64,000 nucleotides of DNA from Alistipes finegoldii (GTDB taxonomy: Bacteria > Bacillota > Clostridia > Christensenellales > UBA1242): NCBI GenBank assembly GCA_963614045.1, contig CAVEBU010000002.1, positions 676 to 64,675 of the forward strand, written 5' to 3'. Every line of letters begins with the position of its first letter. Position 1 is the first letter of the stretch. Shown in pieces: positions 46,627 to 56,498 of this stretch. The translations under genes and the position numbers were made by a program. The notes beneath the pieces were generated by a model. That model saw only the letters and a list, made by a program, of their open reading frames with translations, did no database searches and had not been told where the DNA came from.

Positions 46627-48159
46627 TTAATGCTGTTGCGCTTGTTGATTTTGTTGCGGTGCAGGTGAGGTGCTGTAGTCGATGTTGCCTCGTATGTAAT
46701 CACGATGATATTCATCGTACTTTGACGCCGTTTCGGTGTTCATAAAAATGTAATCGGGCGATAGGTGATGTTCCTCTAAGTCAGCACCAAAAATTTGTGA
46801 GAAATTCTCAGCGTTGAGTTTTTCTTGTAGCAACTTTTCGCCACCCAAAGTGTTAAAAATCTCTCTGTGGAAATTGAAATTAAGGTCAAGCTGGTCGCAA
46901 TATTTTGCACCCTCGATGGTGCTAATTTTCTTTATGTTTTTCAAATCGTCATGCGAGTTCTCTCGTTTTGTATATGTTGGAAGAACGATATTTTGCCTTA
47001 AGGGTTCGCCCGATTGAATTGACTTGTAAAGCGCATTACCCAAAGCGTCTATGTCTTTTGCCATTTGACTTTCAGGGTTCGTTTTTGCTTTCAAAAACTG
47101 CTCCCAAAGTTCGTCATAATATGCTTTAGATTGCAAATCAGCGTTGGTTTTGGCATTTGCATATTTTGTCTTCATTTCATGAATTTTATCACACGTTTTT
47201 TGCCAAGCGGTGTATTTTGAGAAATTTTCCGCATTGTAACCCTTTTTGCCGACCGAGTAGATTGCGTTTTTGTAGTCTAGTTCGGACATAATATCAGAGT
47301 ACAATTTGTGAAAACGAGGTGTTATCGCTTTGCAAAATTCGGAGTTAAATGATGAGCGTACATATTTAGGCTCGTCGGCAATTCCGCAATACGACGTAAA
47401 CGGAGCGTAAAACGGCATTTTGCAGTCGGCAGGCTCAAGATATTCAGGGTGATGCTCTTGTAGTTGATTCAAGAAATGCACGACTTCAGGCAACTGCTCT
47501 TCGTTTGTGTACAACACTAAAGTGTCACTGCGCACTTTATCGGTGTGAAATTTGCAAAAAAATCTCGTTTCTGGCGACATTTGCATATATTCCGCCATTT
47601 CTCGAATTATATTCAAGCTGTTGGCAGGCGAAACATTAAAGTAAAGCCGTTTAGTAATTTCTCTACTATCGACTTCGCTATTCGTTTTGTTTGGCCAGCC
47701 GTTCGGACAAAAATGGATAAAATCGTGTGATGCATCTTTTTTTAAATCGCCTTCTTCATAAGGATAAATCGAGCAATTTTGCGTGTGAGTGCCAAGAAGA
47801 AATGGAAGATTTTGGTAACGAACAAAAGCCAACTTAAAACATAATTCTGGTGTTACGGTTTCGGGTGTCTCGAATTCGATTTCTGGGCTGTATTTGGCGA
47901 CTAGTTGGGGGTACATTGTGGTGTACAAGTCCTTTGCGAACAGTGACAAGTCTTCGTTCGTTAGTGATTTGCAATTTGTGGAATCCTTTCGCAGTAGTTT
48001 GTAAATAGACGGTTTCAGCTTAAAAGATCGAGTATCAACTATATCGAGCATTTTCCCGTTTCGCACAATGTCTTGCAAAAAATTTACGGCGTTGGCTTTT
48101 GCCTCTCGTGAAACTTGCGGATTTTTGATTAAATATTCAAAAAAATAGTTAGATTTCAT
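46627..48159 (-). CDS. large cytoplasmic protein of unknown family, paralog A
   Basis: 510 aa, colinear with 48214-49974; no signal peptide. Confidence 0.6.
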   Translation of the reverse strand: MKSNYFFEYLIKNPQVSREAKANAVNFLQDIVRNGKMLDIVDTRSFKLKPSIYKLLRKDSTNCKSLTNEDLSLFAKDLYTTMYPQLVAKYSPEIEFETPETVTPELCFKLAFVRYQNLPFLLGTHTQNCSIYPYEEGDLKKDASHDFIHFCPNGWPNKTNSEVDSREITKRLYFNVSPANSLNIIREMAEYMQMSPETRFFCKFHTDKVRSDTLVLYTNEEQLPEVVHFLNQLQEHHPEYLEPADCKMPFYAPFTSYCGIADEPKYVRSSFNSEFCKAITPRFHKLYSDIMSELDYKNAIYSVGKKGYNAENFSKYTAWQKTCDKIHEMKTKYANAKTNADLQSKAYYDELWEQFLKAKTNPESQMAKDIDALGNALYKSIQSGEPLRQNIVLPTYTKRENSHDDLKNIKKISTIEGAKYCDQLDLNFNFHREIFNTLGGEKLLQEKLNAENFSQIFGADLEEHHLSPDYIFMNTETASKYDEYHRDYIRGNIDYSTSPAPQQNQQAQQH

Positions 48160-48213
48160 TTTTTTACCCTTTGCTTATATTTTTATCATTTAGTGCTTGA
48201 CGGCTCAGGGAGT

Positions 48214-49974
48214 TTACTGACGCTCTTGTGGTTCGCCGGTTTGAGACTCTGCTTTAAACATATCTCTGTAATTGTATTTTTGGTTAGAATTAGTTGAGTT
48301 AGAATTTGCTGGGTTGGGATTTCTTGGGTTGGGATTTCTTGGGTTGGGATTTGTCGGATTAGAATTTGCTGGGTCGGAATTTATTGGAAGTGGTCTTATG
48401 GTATCGCTATCAGGCAAACCATCAAAAGGAGATGATTGGTTTATAACAAAGTTATCAGTTGTTTGAGGTTTTCTAATACGGTCGGCTTGACGCTCGCGTT
48501 GATATGCGTCAAAATCCTCAGCTGTTTCAGTAGTAATAAAAATATGGTCAGGGGAAATGTGGTGTTCCTTTAATTTAGCACCAAAATTTTGTGAGAAATT
48601 CGCAGTGTTGAGTTTCTCTTGTAGCAATTTTTCGCCACCCAAAGTGTTAAAAATCTCTCTGTGGAAATTGAAACCAAGGTCAAGTTGGTCGCAATACTTT
48701 ACGCCATCTTTGGTGTTAATTTTCTTTGCATTTTTCAAATCGTAAAACGGGTGCTTTTGTTTTGTATATATTGGAAGAGTGATATCTTGTCTCAAAGGTT
48801 CGCCTGTTTGAATTGACTTGTAAAGCGCATTACCCAAAGCGTCTATGTCTTTTGCCATTTGACTTTCAGGGTTCGTTTTTGCTTTCAAAAACTGCTCCCA
48901 AAGTTCGTCATAATATGCTTTAGATTGCAAATCAGCGTTGGTTTTGGCATTTGCATATTTTGTCTTCATTTCATGAATTTTATCACACGTTTTTTGCCAA
49001 GCGGTGTATTTTGAGAAATTTTCCGCATTGTAACCCTTGTTGCCGACTGAGTAGATTGCGCTTTTGCAATTAAGCTTTTGCATAATTTGAGAATACAAAT
49101 CGTTAATCGGTGCGGATAACGTTTCAGAAACTTCGTCCTCAAAGCTTATTCCTCTTAAGCGGTTTTGGTCAGAAATTCCGCAAGCTTGTCCGAACTGAGC
49201 GCAAAAAGGCAGGTTACAATCGGCTGGCTCAAGATATTCGGGGTGGGTAGTTTGCAATTCGTTCAAAAATTCCTCAACTTCGCTTAATTGTCTGTCGTCC
49301 GTCCGGAATACAAACGAATTACTACTTTCAGGGTCGGTATTAAAATAGCACACAAAACGTTTATGAGCGGTTGCTACTTCTCGAGCAACGTTAAGACAAT
49401 TTTGGGGTGAAATATTGAGATAAACATATTTCGAAGTTGCTTGAGGTTGTACTGAGCCAGAAAGGTTGAAATCTTTATCATAAGGGTTAAAACGAATTAA
49501 TGCGTGTTCTGCTGGCGCTAAAGGATTAAGTTCCTTAAAAGGCTTGAAGTACTTGTCTAAAAGGAATTCACCCATCCAACTATCGTAGTTATAACAGAAT
49601 TCGGGCTGTGCTGAAGGGTCTTCCAAAACTAATGGCTCTAGCTTCCAACCGTCCGCATTAAACGATAAATTAAAGCATTCCTCTGGCGTAATTGTATCAG
49701 GCGACTTTGTGTGTCTGCCACTTCTTTCTTCTAACATTTTAGGATACAAAATTGTATAAATATCCTTTGAAAACAACGCCAAATCCCTATTGGTTATAGG
49801 GGCGTTTTTGGTGGCGTCCTTATTAAATAGATTACGTGCGCCCTGTCCTTTGCTCGAATCGAGAAGTTTGCCGTTTCGTACAGCGTCTTGCAAATAGCGG
49901 ACTGTCTGCTCCTTTACTTGCCTGGATAGTCCTGGGTTCTTGATTAAGTATTCAAAAAAATAATTGTATTCCAT
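48214..49974 (-). CDS. large cytoplasmic protein of unknown family, paralog B, with N/P-rich repeat tail
   Basis: 586 aa. The N-terminus MEYNYFFEYLIKNPGLSRQVK... parallels MKSNYFFEYLIKNPQVSREAK... in paralog A. Confidence 0.6.
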   Translation of the reverse strand: MEYNYFFEYLIKNPGLSRQVKEQTVRYLQDAVRNGKLLDSSKGQGARNLFNKDATKNAPITNRDLALFSKDIYTILYPKMLEERSGRHTKSPDTITPEECFNLSFNADGWKLEPLVLEDPSAQPEFCYNYDSWMGEFLLDKYFKPFKELNPLAPAEHALIRFNPYDKDFNLSGSVQPQATSKYVYLNISPQNCLNVAREVATAHKRFVCYFNTDPESSNSFVFRTDDRQLSEVEEFLNELQTTHPEYLEPADCNLPFCAQFGQACGISDQNRLRGISFEDEVSETLSAPINDLYSQIMQKLNCKSAIYSVGNKGYNAENFSKYTAWQKTCDKIHEMKTKYANAKTNADLQSKAYYDELWEQFLKAKTNPESQMAKDIDALGNALYKSIQTGEPLRQDITLPIYTKQKHPFYDLKNAKKINTKDGVKYCDQLDLGFNFHREIFNTLGGEKLLQEKLNTANFSQNFGAKLKEHHISPDHIFITTETAEDFDAYQRERQADRIRKPQTTDNFVINQSSPFDGLPDSDTIRPLPINSDPANSNPTNPNPRNPNPRNPNPANSNSTNSNQKYNYRDMFKAESQTGEPQERQ

Positions 49975-50003
49975 AAATTATACCTCGTTTTATAGTTTAA
50001 CTA

Positions 50004-50032
50004 ATTATACCAAAATTAATTACAATAGTCAA
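50004..50032 (-). promoter_or_regulatory. promoter of the paralog pair
   Basis: On the minus strand: TTGACT (50027-50032), 17 nt, TATAAT (50004-50009), with a TGG extended -10. Confidence 0.6.
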
Positions 50033-50197
50033 CACTTCTTTGCAACTCTTTTTAATTTAGTGCATAATTGTGGGGGTAAAAAAAGGAGGGGGGTAAAATT
50101 TTATGCAAAAAAGTCTTGGGCGAACCGACTTAAAGCCGAGCGAAATTTTGACAAAATAACTAAATTGTTCAATTTGAAAAAAATTGACAAAAAAGTA

Positions 50198-50225
50198 TTG
50201 CATTGTTCAATTTTTGTGATATAAT
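50198..50225 (+). promoter_or_regulatory. promoter of the MMPL gene (about 180-nt leader)
   Basis: TTGCAT (50198-50203), 16 nt, TATAAT (50220-50225), with a TGTGA extended -10. Confidence 0.5.
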
Positions 50226-50408
50226 TAATCCCGTTAGTTTGAGGCGAATTTCACTTTTTGGTGAATAAAGATATATTATTGTTTTTATATGGACTTAAAC
50301 TCCCCTGAAAAATATTTTTCAGTATTTTAAGACACTTTTGTATCAAAAACATTCGCAAAAACTTTTTTATTTTAATATAATACTTATTATTAAAAGGAGA
50401 TTAGGAAA

Positions 50409-53360
50409 ATGAATTTTCCAAACAAGATTGCAGATTTTGTAGTCAAAGCGAGATGGTACTTTTTCGGGTTCTTTATGCTACTAATTATTGGTAGTTTGAT
50501 TCTTATTCCAATGGTTGGTACGAACTACGATATGACAAAGTACTTGCCGAGCGATTCTGACACAAAAATTGCGCTAGAAGTAATGACGGACGAGTTCGGT
50601 AGTAGTGGAACGGCGAGTATTGTAATTACTAACGCAACACCCGAGCAAGTTGCGGAAGTTGCTGGATTAGCGTCACAAATTAAAGGCGTAAAAAATGCGA
50701 TTTTTTCCAATACGAAAGACTACTATAATTCCGAAACCAAAGCGGGATTGATTCAAATTTTCTTTGAACACGGTAACTACGAGGTTGAAACTGAGCAAGC
50801 GCTTGCTGATTTGCGGGAACTGTGTGAAAGCAAAAATGCGGACGCTTCGTTCTGTGGTGATTCGGTAGACGCAGTGGCTTCCAAGAACGCAATTACCAAC
50901 GAAATGTGGATAATTTTGCTTGTTGCAGTTGCGATAATGTTGGGCATTTTGTTCTTGACCTCACGCAGTTGGATTGAACCGCTGATTTACTTGATTGTAA
51001 TTGGTACGTCTATCATTATTAATATGGGAACGAACTTAATTATGGGCGAAATTTCCTATATTACGAAGTCCATTAGCACGATTATGCTTATGGCAATTAT
51101 TATGGACTACTGTATTGTTTTGTGCAGTAGATATAGGGAAGAAAGTGAAAAAGGTGGCACGCCGACCGACATTATGACGAGGGCGCTTGCGGGGTCGTTT
51201 AATGCGATTTTGGCTTGTTCGCTAACCGTTCTTGTGGGACTTGTGGCGCTGTGCTTTATGAACTTTAAAATCGGGCTTGATTTGGGTGTTGTATTGGCAA
51301 AAGGTGTAGCAATCAGTATTTTTGCGGTGCTGTTCTTTATGCCAAGCGTAATTCTTATGTTCCAACACGCAATGCACTCGTGGCAACACAAGAGCTTCTT
51401 GCCTCGTCTCAACAAACTCGGCACATTTGCCCACAAAACAAGATGGGTTATGCCTGTAATTATGCTGGGCTTAATCGTTAGCGCAATCGTTTTGCAGTCC
51501 AACATAACCTTTACTTACGTGGTTGACAACCACCTTGACGGCAGTCAGTTGGAAAAAGAGGAACAAGTTATTGAAGCAAACTTCGGCAAGCAAAACACAC
51601 TTGTAATTATGGTGCCAAAAGGCGATATTGCGAGCGAAAGTAGGCTTTTGACCGAACTTATGGAAATGAAAGTTGGCGATGACGGAACTGTTACCATTAA
51701 CAAGGCGAGCGGTTTTGCGAATACCGAACTTGCAACTGTTATGAACGCCAGCGCTATTAAAAACAAATTCTATTTGTCCGACGACGCAGTGAATAGTATT
51801 TTTAAGAAATTCGACAAAAACCCTGAAAGCGACACTTTGTACTTGTATCAAGTTATTGAAACTTTGCAAGCGGACAATGATTTGATTAAAAATTCATTTG
51901 CAGAAAAACAAACTACTTTTGACACAAGTTATAAATTCTTGGCGGGCTTCAAGATTTCGCCAAGCAAAGAAGCAAGCGAATTTAACATCTACTCGCAAGA
52001 AAATTATACAACTATGTATGCTAACCTAAAGGGCGATTCAGCACCAGCAACTGATGAACAAGTTTTCGCTGTAATTTATGCTCAAATTTTGGGTAAAGAA
52101 GTAACAGCAGTAACGGACAAAGATGTTTTGCCTGCTTATGCTGTGATTGCGGGAATGCAAACTGCAGCGACTAGCAGTTTGATTGACTTAAACAATTATC
52201 CAAATCTATCTGAGACAGTTTTGAGCCCAACTTATTCTTCGTTTGTTTATACGCAAATGACAAAAGCGCAAGTTGTTCAACAAGGCTTGACGCAGGAAAC
52301 CGTTGACGCAATTTTTAAAGTATATAATATCAAAGACGACGGCACGATTCTATCTTGTCAGCTTATTCAGGCACTTTGCAATCGTGACGCAGAGACTGGC
52401 AAGACAATTATGGATCAATATTGCGATGCGGAAATTGCGACCGTTGCCAGTGCTTATGCAAGCGATATGACCGCACAAGAAATGTACTACAGCGACGATT
52501 ACGCAAGATTGCTATTTAACATTAATGCAAGCGTTGACGAGCAAATTGCGATTGACACAGTCAACAAATTGCGTGAAATTCTTAACAAAGAATATGTAGA
52601 GGCAGGGGTTTACGAGAAATATTACATTGTAAACTCAACACAAAACCTTATTGACACAATGAACGTCTTTAGTGGCGACCGCACACAAACCGACTTAATT
52701 ACGATTATTGGCGTGTTCTTGCTCGTGCTACTTTTGATGCGTAGCTTGAGTATTCCTGTGCTTCTTGTGTTCCTTATTCAAGGTGCAATTTGGATAAACT
52801 TGGCAGTCGGCACGTTCTTCGGCGAATCAATCTTCTTCGTGTGCTACTTGCTCGCTATGGTTATCCAAATGGGTGCGACAATCGACTATGCGATTTTGAT
52901 GACGGACAGATATGTGTTCTTCCGTAAAACTCAAGGCAGACAACAAGCGATTAAAACTGCACTGAATTCCGCTTTCCCAACGGTGATTACTTCAGGCTCG
53001 ATTTTGATTGTTGCTGCGTACTCAATTCACTTCATTTCAACGTTGCCACTCTTGAAATCAATCGGTGGACTGATTGGTCGTGGTGCGTTAATCAGTGTAA
53101 TTGCGGTAATGTTTGTATTGCCGTCCGTATTGCTATTGTTTGATAAAATCATATGCAAAACGACACTCAAGGCGGACTTCCTCGATGAGAAGAAAAATCT
53201 CATTATCGTCGAACCTGAAACCGTAAACGGCGCTCCTGTGAACGCAAACACGACCGCTTGCGAAACGACTGCCGAATCAGTTGCAGGGGAGAAAAAGGCA
53301 ACAAATACACAACCAAAAACTGCCAAAAAATCTCACAAAAAATCTAAGACTAGCAAGTAA
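50409..53360 (+). CDS. MMPL/RND-superfamily membrane transporter
   Basis: 983 aa with two 5-6 helix bundles separated by large extracytoplasmic domains, the typical MMPL layout; Lys-rich C-terminal tail. Confidence 0.8.
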   Translation: MNFPNKIADFVVKARWYFFGFFMLLIIGSLILIPMVGTNYDMTKYLPSDSDTKIALEVMTDEFGSSGTASIVITNATPEQVAEVAGLASQIKGVKNAIFSNTKDYYNSETKAGLIQIFFEHGNYEVETEQALADLRELCESKNADASFCGDSVDAVASKNAITNEMWIILLVAVAIMLGILFLTSRSWIEPLIYLIVIGTSIIINMGTNLIMGEISYITKSISTIMLMAIIMDYCIVLCSRYREESEKGGTPTDIMTRALAGSFNAILACSLTVLVGLVALCFMNFKIGLDLGVVLAKGVAISIFAVLFFMPSVILMFQHAMHSWQHKSFLPRLNKLGTFAHKTRWVMPVIMLGLIVSAIVLQSNITFTYVVDNHLDGSQLEKEEQVIEANFGKQNTLVIMVPKGDIASESRLLTELMEMKVGDDGTVTINKASGFANTELATVMNASAIKNKFYLSDDAVNSIFKKFDKNPESDTLYLYQVIETLQADNDLIKNSFAEKQTTFDTSYKFLAGFKISPSKEASEFNIYSQENYTTMYANLKGDSAPATDEQVFAVIYAQILGKEVTAVTDKDVLPAYAVIAGMQTAATSSLIDLNNYPNLSETVLSPTYSSFVYTQMTKAQVVQQGLTQETVDAIFKVYNIKDDGTILSCQLIQALCNRDAETGKTIMDQYCDAEIATVASAYASDMTAQEMYYSDDYARLLFNINASVDEQIAIDTVNKLREILNKEYVEAGVYEKYYIVNSTQNLIDTMNVFSGDRTQTDLITIIGVFLLVLLLMRSLSIPVLLVFLIQGAIWINLAVGTFFGESIFFVCYLLAMVIQMGATIDYAILMTDRYVFFRKTQGRQQAIKTALNSAFPTVITSGSILIVAAYSIHFISTLPLLKSIGGLIGRGALISVIAVMFVLPSVLLLFDKIICKTTLKADFLDEKKNLIIVEPETVNGAPVNANTTACETTAESVAGEKKATNTQPKTAKKSHKKSKTSK

Positions 53361-53391
53361 AAAGTGATTTTTGGTTAGAAATAAATTTAGC

Positions 53392-53416
53392 AAAAAGCCT
53401 CTTTGTCGGGCTTTTT
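53392..53416 (+). terminator. intrinsic terminator
   Basis: AAAAGCCT-CTTTGTC-GGGCTTTTT. Confidence 0.7.
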
Positions 53417-53472
53417 GTTGTTTGTAAAAGTCGTTTGCGAAAACGAATTTAAAGGAAAGCAAGGCAAAGTAC

Positions 53473-53501
53473 TTGCAAAATGGCAAAAAATAGTATATAA
53501 T
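53473..53501 (+). promoter_or_regulatory. glyQS promoter (about 190-nt leader)
   Basis: TTGCAA (53473-53478), 17 nt, TATAAT (53496-53501). Confidence 0.55.
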
Positions 53502-53697
53502 ATCATTATATTTTATATTTTGCGAGTTCGCAAGCACACGAAAACACGAAAAACAAACGAATTTTATACTAAATTTTGTAAGATTGCGTGTGAATTTGTG
53601 GGGTGTTTTTGCCCTCAAAATTCGCCGAACTATGCGTAAAATTAAAAAATTACAATAAAAATGCGAGAATTTTGAATTAATTTAGGAGAATAAATAA

Positions 53698-55104
53698 ATG
53701 AAAGACGATTTGACGATGACTGATTTGGTCGCACTTTGCAAAAATAGGGGTTTTGTGTTCGCAAGCAGTGAAATTTACGGCGGACTGAGTAATTCGTGGG
53801 ATTATGGTCCGCTCGGTGTGGAGTTGAAAAACAACCTCAAATCTGCGTGGTGGAAACGCTTTGTGCAAGAAGAACCGCACAACGTCGGGCTTGATAGTGC
53901 GATTATTATGAACCCGAAAGTTTGGAAGGCGAGCGGACACCTAGACGGCTTTAGCGACCCGCTTATCGACTGCAAAAATTGTAAGACACGTCATCGTGCG
54001 GACAAGTTGATTGAGGAGTGGGTTTTTGCCAAAGAGCAGAAGGGCGAAAAGGTTAATATTGGCAGTGTGGAGGCGATGAGCGATGAGCAGTTGCAAACGT
54101 TTATTGCGGAAAACCACATCACTTGCCCGAACTGTAACAAGTGCGATTTTACGCCGATTCGCAAGTTCAATTTGATGTTCAAGACCTTTATTGGCGTGAC
54201 GGAAGATAGCGTCAATACTGTGTATTTGCGTCCCGAAACCGCTGGCGGAATTTTCGTAAATTTCAAAAATGTTCAGCGTGCGACCCGCAGTAAAATGCCG
54301 ATGGGCGTGTGCCAAATTGGTAAGGCTTTTCGTAACGAAATCACTCCAGGGAATTTCATCTTCCGCACTCGTGAGTTTGAGCAAATGGAAATGGAATTTT
54401 TCTGCCATCCCGACACCGCAAAATCGTGGCACGAGTACTACCGCAAAGAGTGTTATAATTTCCTTTTGAGCTTGGGAATTCAAGCGGATTTGTTGCGCTT
54501 GCGTGACCACAGCCCAGAGGAATTATGCTTTTATTCGGAAGCGACCACCGATATCGAGTTTAAATTCCCGTTCGGTTGGGGCGAATTGTGGGGTATTGCG
54601 AATAGGACGAATTACGACCTAACTCAGCACCAAAATGCGAGCGGGGAGGATATGAGTTACACTGACCCATTTACTAATGAGAAGTATATTCCGTACGTAG
54701 TTGAGCCAAGCGTCGGTGTTGATAGAATGTTTTTGGCGGTCTTGTGTAGCGCTTATCGTGAGGAAAAACTAGCCGACGACGATACCCGTATTGTTCTAGG
54801 GTTTGACCCGAAAATCGCACCTATCAAAGTTGCCGTTTTGCCATTAAGCAAGAAACTAGAGGAATCTGCTTACGACTTATTCAAGAAACTGAACAGCAAA
54901 TTCCGTTGCGAATTTGACGTAACAGGCTCAATTGGTAAACGTTACCGCCGTCAAGACGAAATCGGCACGCCGTACTGCGTCACAGTTGATTTTGATACCG
55001 AAAACGACCACTGCGTCACCGTCCGCAACCGTGACACAATGGAGCAAGAACGAGTAAATTTGTCCGACCTCGACGCCTACCTATTCACCAAGATTTACGG
55101 GTAA
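53698..55104 (+). CDS. glyQS: glycine--tRNA ligase (single-chain GlyQS type)
   Basis: [35 protein letters not shown] and [28 protein letters not shown] class II motifs. Confidence 0.93.
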   Translation: MKDDLTMTDLVALCKNRGFVFASSEIYGGLSNSWDYGPLGVELKNNLKSAWWKRFVQEEPHNVGLDSAIIMNPKVWKASGHLDGFSDPLIDCKNCKTRHRADKLIEEWVFAKEQKGEKVNIGSVEAMSDEQLQTFIAENHITCPNCNKCDFTPIRKFNLMFKTFIGVTEDSVNTVYLRPETAGGIFVNFKNVQRATRSKMPMGVCQIGKAFRNEITPGNFIFRTREFEQMEMEFFCHPDTAKSWHEYYRKECYNFLLSLGIQADLLRLRDHSPEELCFYSEATTDIEFKFPFGWGELWGIANRTNYDLTQHQNASGEDMSYTDPFTNEKYIPYVVEPSVGVDRMFLAVLCSAYREEKLADDDTRIVLGFDPKIAPIKVAVLPLSKKLEESAYDLFKKLNSKFRCEFDVTGSIGKRYRRQDEIGTPYCVTVDFDTENDHCVTVRNRDTMEQERVNLSDLDAYLFTKIYG

Positions 55105-55262
55105 AAAAGGGGATTTTATTGCAAAAAATCGGTCATAATAAATTGAGATTTTAAAATCAAAATAATTAATCAAAAGAAAAACCACTTGCAAAAAGCGAGG
55201 AACGGGAAGGAGTTTCTGGCATAAAGGGCTAGCAATTTTGAAACTAGCAAAAATTTTATTTA

Positions 55263-55293
55263 GGACTCTAATTTTTATTAGAGTTCTTTTTTT
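55263..55293 (+). terminator. intrinsic terminator at the left edge of the AT-rich island
   Basis: GGACTCTAAT-TTTT-ATTAGAGTTC followed by TTTTTTT. Confidence 0.65.
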
Positions 55294-55324
55294 AATAAAA
55301 TATTCAGCCTTATGAATAATATAT

Positions 55325-55353
55325 TTGCATATTTGAAATTAATGTGATATAAT
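55325..55353 (+). promoter_or_regulatory. promoter of the island operon
   Basis: TTGCAT (55325-55330), 17 nt, TATAAT (55348-55353), with a TGTGA extended -10. Confidence 0.55.
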
Positions 55354-55384
55354 ACAACATATAAATAACAAATTGGAGAAGGCA

Positions 55385-55600
55385 ATGGCTATTTCTTATA
55401 ATAAACTTTGGAAACAATTGATAGATAAAAATATGACAAAAACAGATTTGAGGTTAAAGGCAGATATTGGGACAGCAACACTTGCTAAGCTTGGGAAAAA
55501 TGAACAAGTGAGTATGGATGTTCTTTTGCGCATTTGCAATGTTCTTAACTGTGATATATCTGAAATAATGGAATTAGCAAAGGAGTCTAAAAATGTGTAA
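55385..55600 (+). CDS. small XRE-family HTH protein (possible R-M controller)
   Basis: ATG 55385 lies after GGAGAAGG. MTKTDLRLKADIGTATLAKLGKNEQVSMDVLLRICNVLNCDISEIM is an HTH_26-like pattern, and the stop overlaps the methylase start. Confidence 0.75.
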   Translation: MAISYNKLWKQLIDKNMTKTDLRLKADIGTATLAKLGKNEQVSMDVLLRICNVLNCDISEIMELAKESKNV

Positions 55601-56498
55601 AGGAGTTGCAAAGCCTTTTTTGAAATGGGCTGGCGGTAAAGGACAACTTATGAATACATTTGATGAAATGTTCTCAAATGAACTTATAGAAGACAAAATA
55701 AAAACATACATCGAACCTTTCGTTGGTGGTGGTGCAGTCCTTTTCCATGTTTTACAAAATTACCACATTGAAAAAGCCTACATAAACGACATAAATAAAG
55801 AACTTATAAATTGTTATCGTTGCATAAAAGCGGATGTAAATGAAGTTATAAAGCAACTTGAAGTTCTTGAAAAAGAATATTTATCTTGTGATGATAGGAC
55901 AAATTATTTTTATAACGTTCGGGACAGATATAACTCAATTCATTTAAATGGACATTACGATTTTGAAAAGTGCGCTGATTTTATATTTTTAAACCACACT
56001 TGTTTTAATGGACTTTATAGAGTTAACAAAAGTGGTAAATTTAATGTGCCACATGGCAAATATAAAAATCCTTTGATTTGTGATAAAGAAAATTTGTTAC
56101 TTTGTTCAAAATTGTTGCAAAAAGTTGAGATTAGTTTTGGTAGTTATGAACAAGTTTTAAGCAATGCAGATAAAAACACTTTCGTTTATTTTGACCCACC
56201 TTATCGCCCACTTATTGAGAATAATTCATTTGTAAGTTATGATAAGTCAGGGTTTGATGATAAAGACCAAATTGAACTTGCTGAAAATTTTAAAGATTTA
56301 GATAAAAAAGATTGTTTACTTATGCTTTCAAATTCCGACCCTAAAAACACAAATGAAAATGATAACTTTTTTGATGACTTATATAATGGCTTTGAAATTG
56401 AAAGAGTTTATGCAAAACGAATGATTAACTGTCAGGCAAGTAAGCGTGGAGATATAACAGAAATTGTTGTAATGAATTACAAAAGGAGAAAAAAATGA
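55593..56498 (+). CDS. Dam/DpnM-like (D12 class) N6-adenine DNA methyltransferase
   Basis: KPFLKWAGGKGQL, EPFVGGGAV and FVYFDPPY motifs. Confidence 0.85.
   Translation: MCKGVAKPFLKWAGGKGQLMNTFDEMFSNELIEDKIKTYIEPFVGGGAVLFHVLQNYHIEKAYINDINKELINCYRCIKADVNEVIKQLEVLEKEYLSCDDRTNYFYNVRDRYNSIHLNGHYDFEKCADFIFLNHTCFNGLYRVNKSGKFNVPHGKYKNPLICDKENLLLCSKLLQKVEISFGSYEQVLSNADKNTFVYFDPPYRPLIENNSFVSYDKSGFDDKDQIELAENFKDLDKKDCLLMLSNSDPKNTNENDNFFDDLYNGFEIERVYAKRMINCQASKRGDITEIVVMNYKRRKK

Noticed and set aside
49964-50224. 86-aa plus-strand ORF
   Set aside because: It covers the start of paralog B and two promoter regions, so it is not plausible as a coding sequence.
53502-53697. T-box riboswitch expected upstream of glyQS
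   Set aside because: The leader is long (about 190 nt), but I found no T-box consensus (..GGGTGGTACCGCG..) and no clear terminator/antiterminator pair. It is left unannotated.
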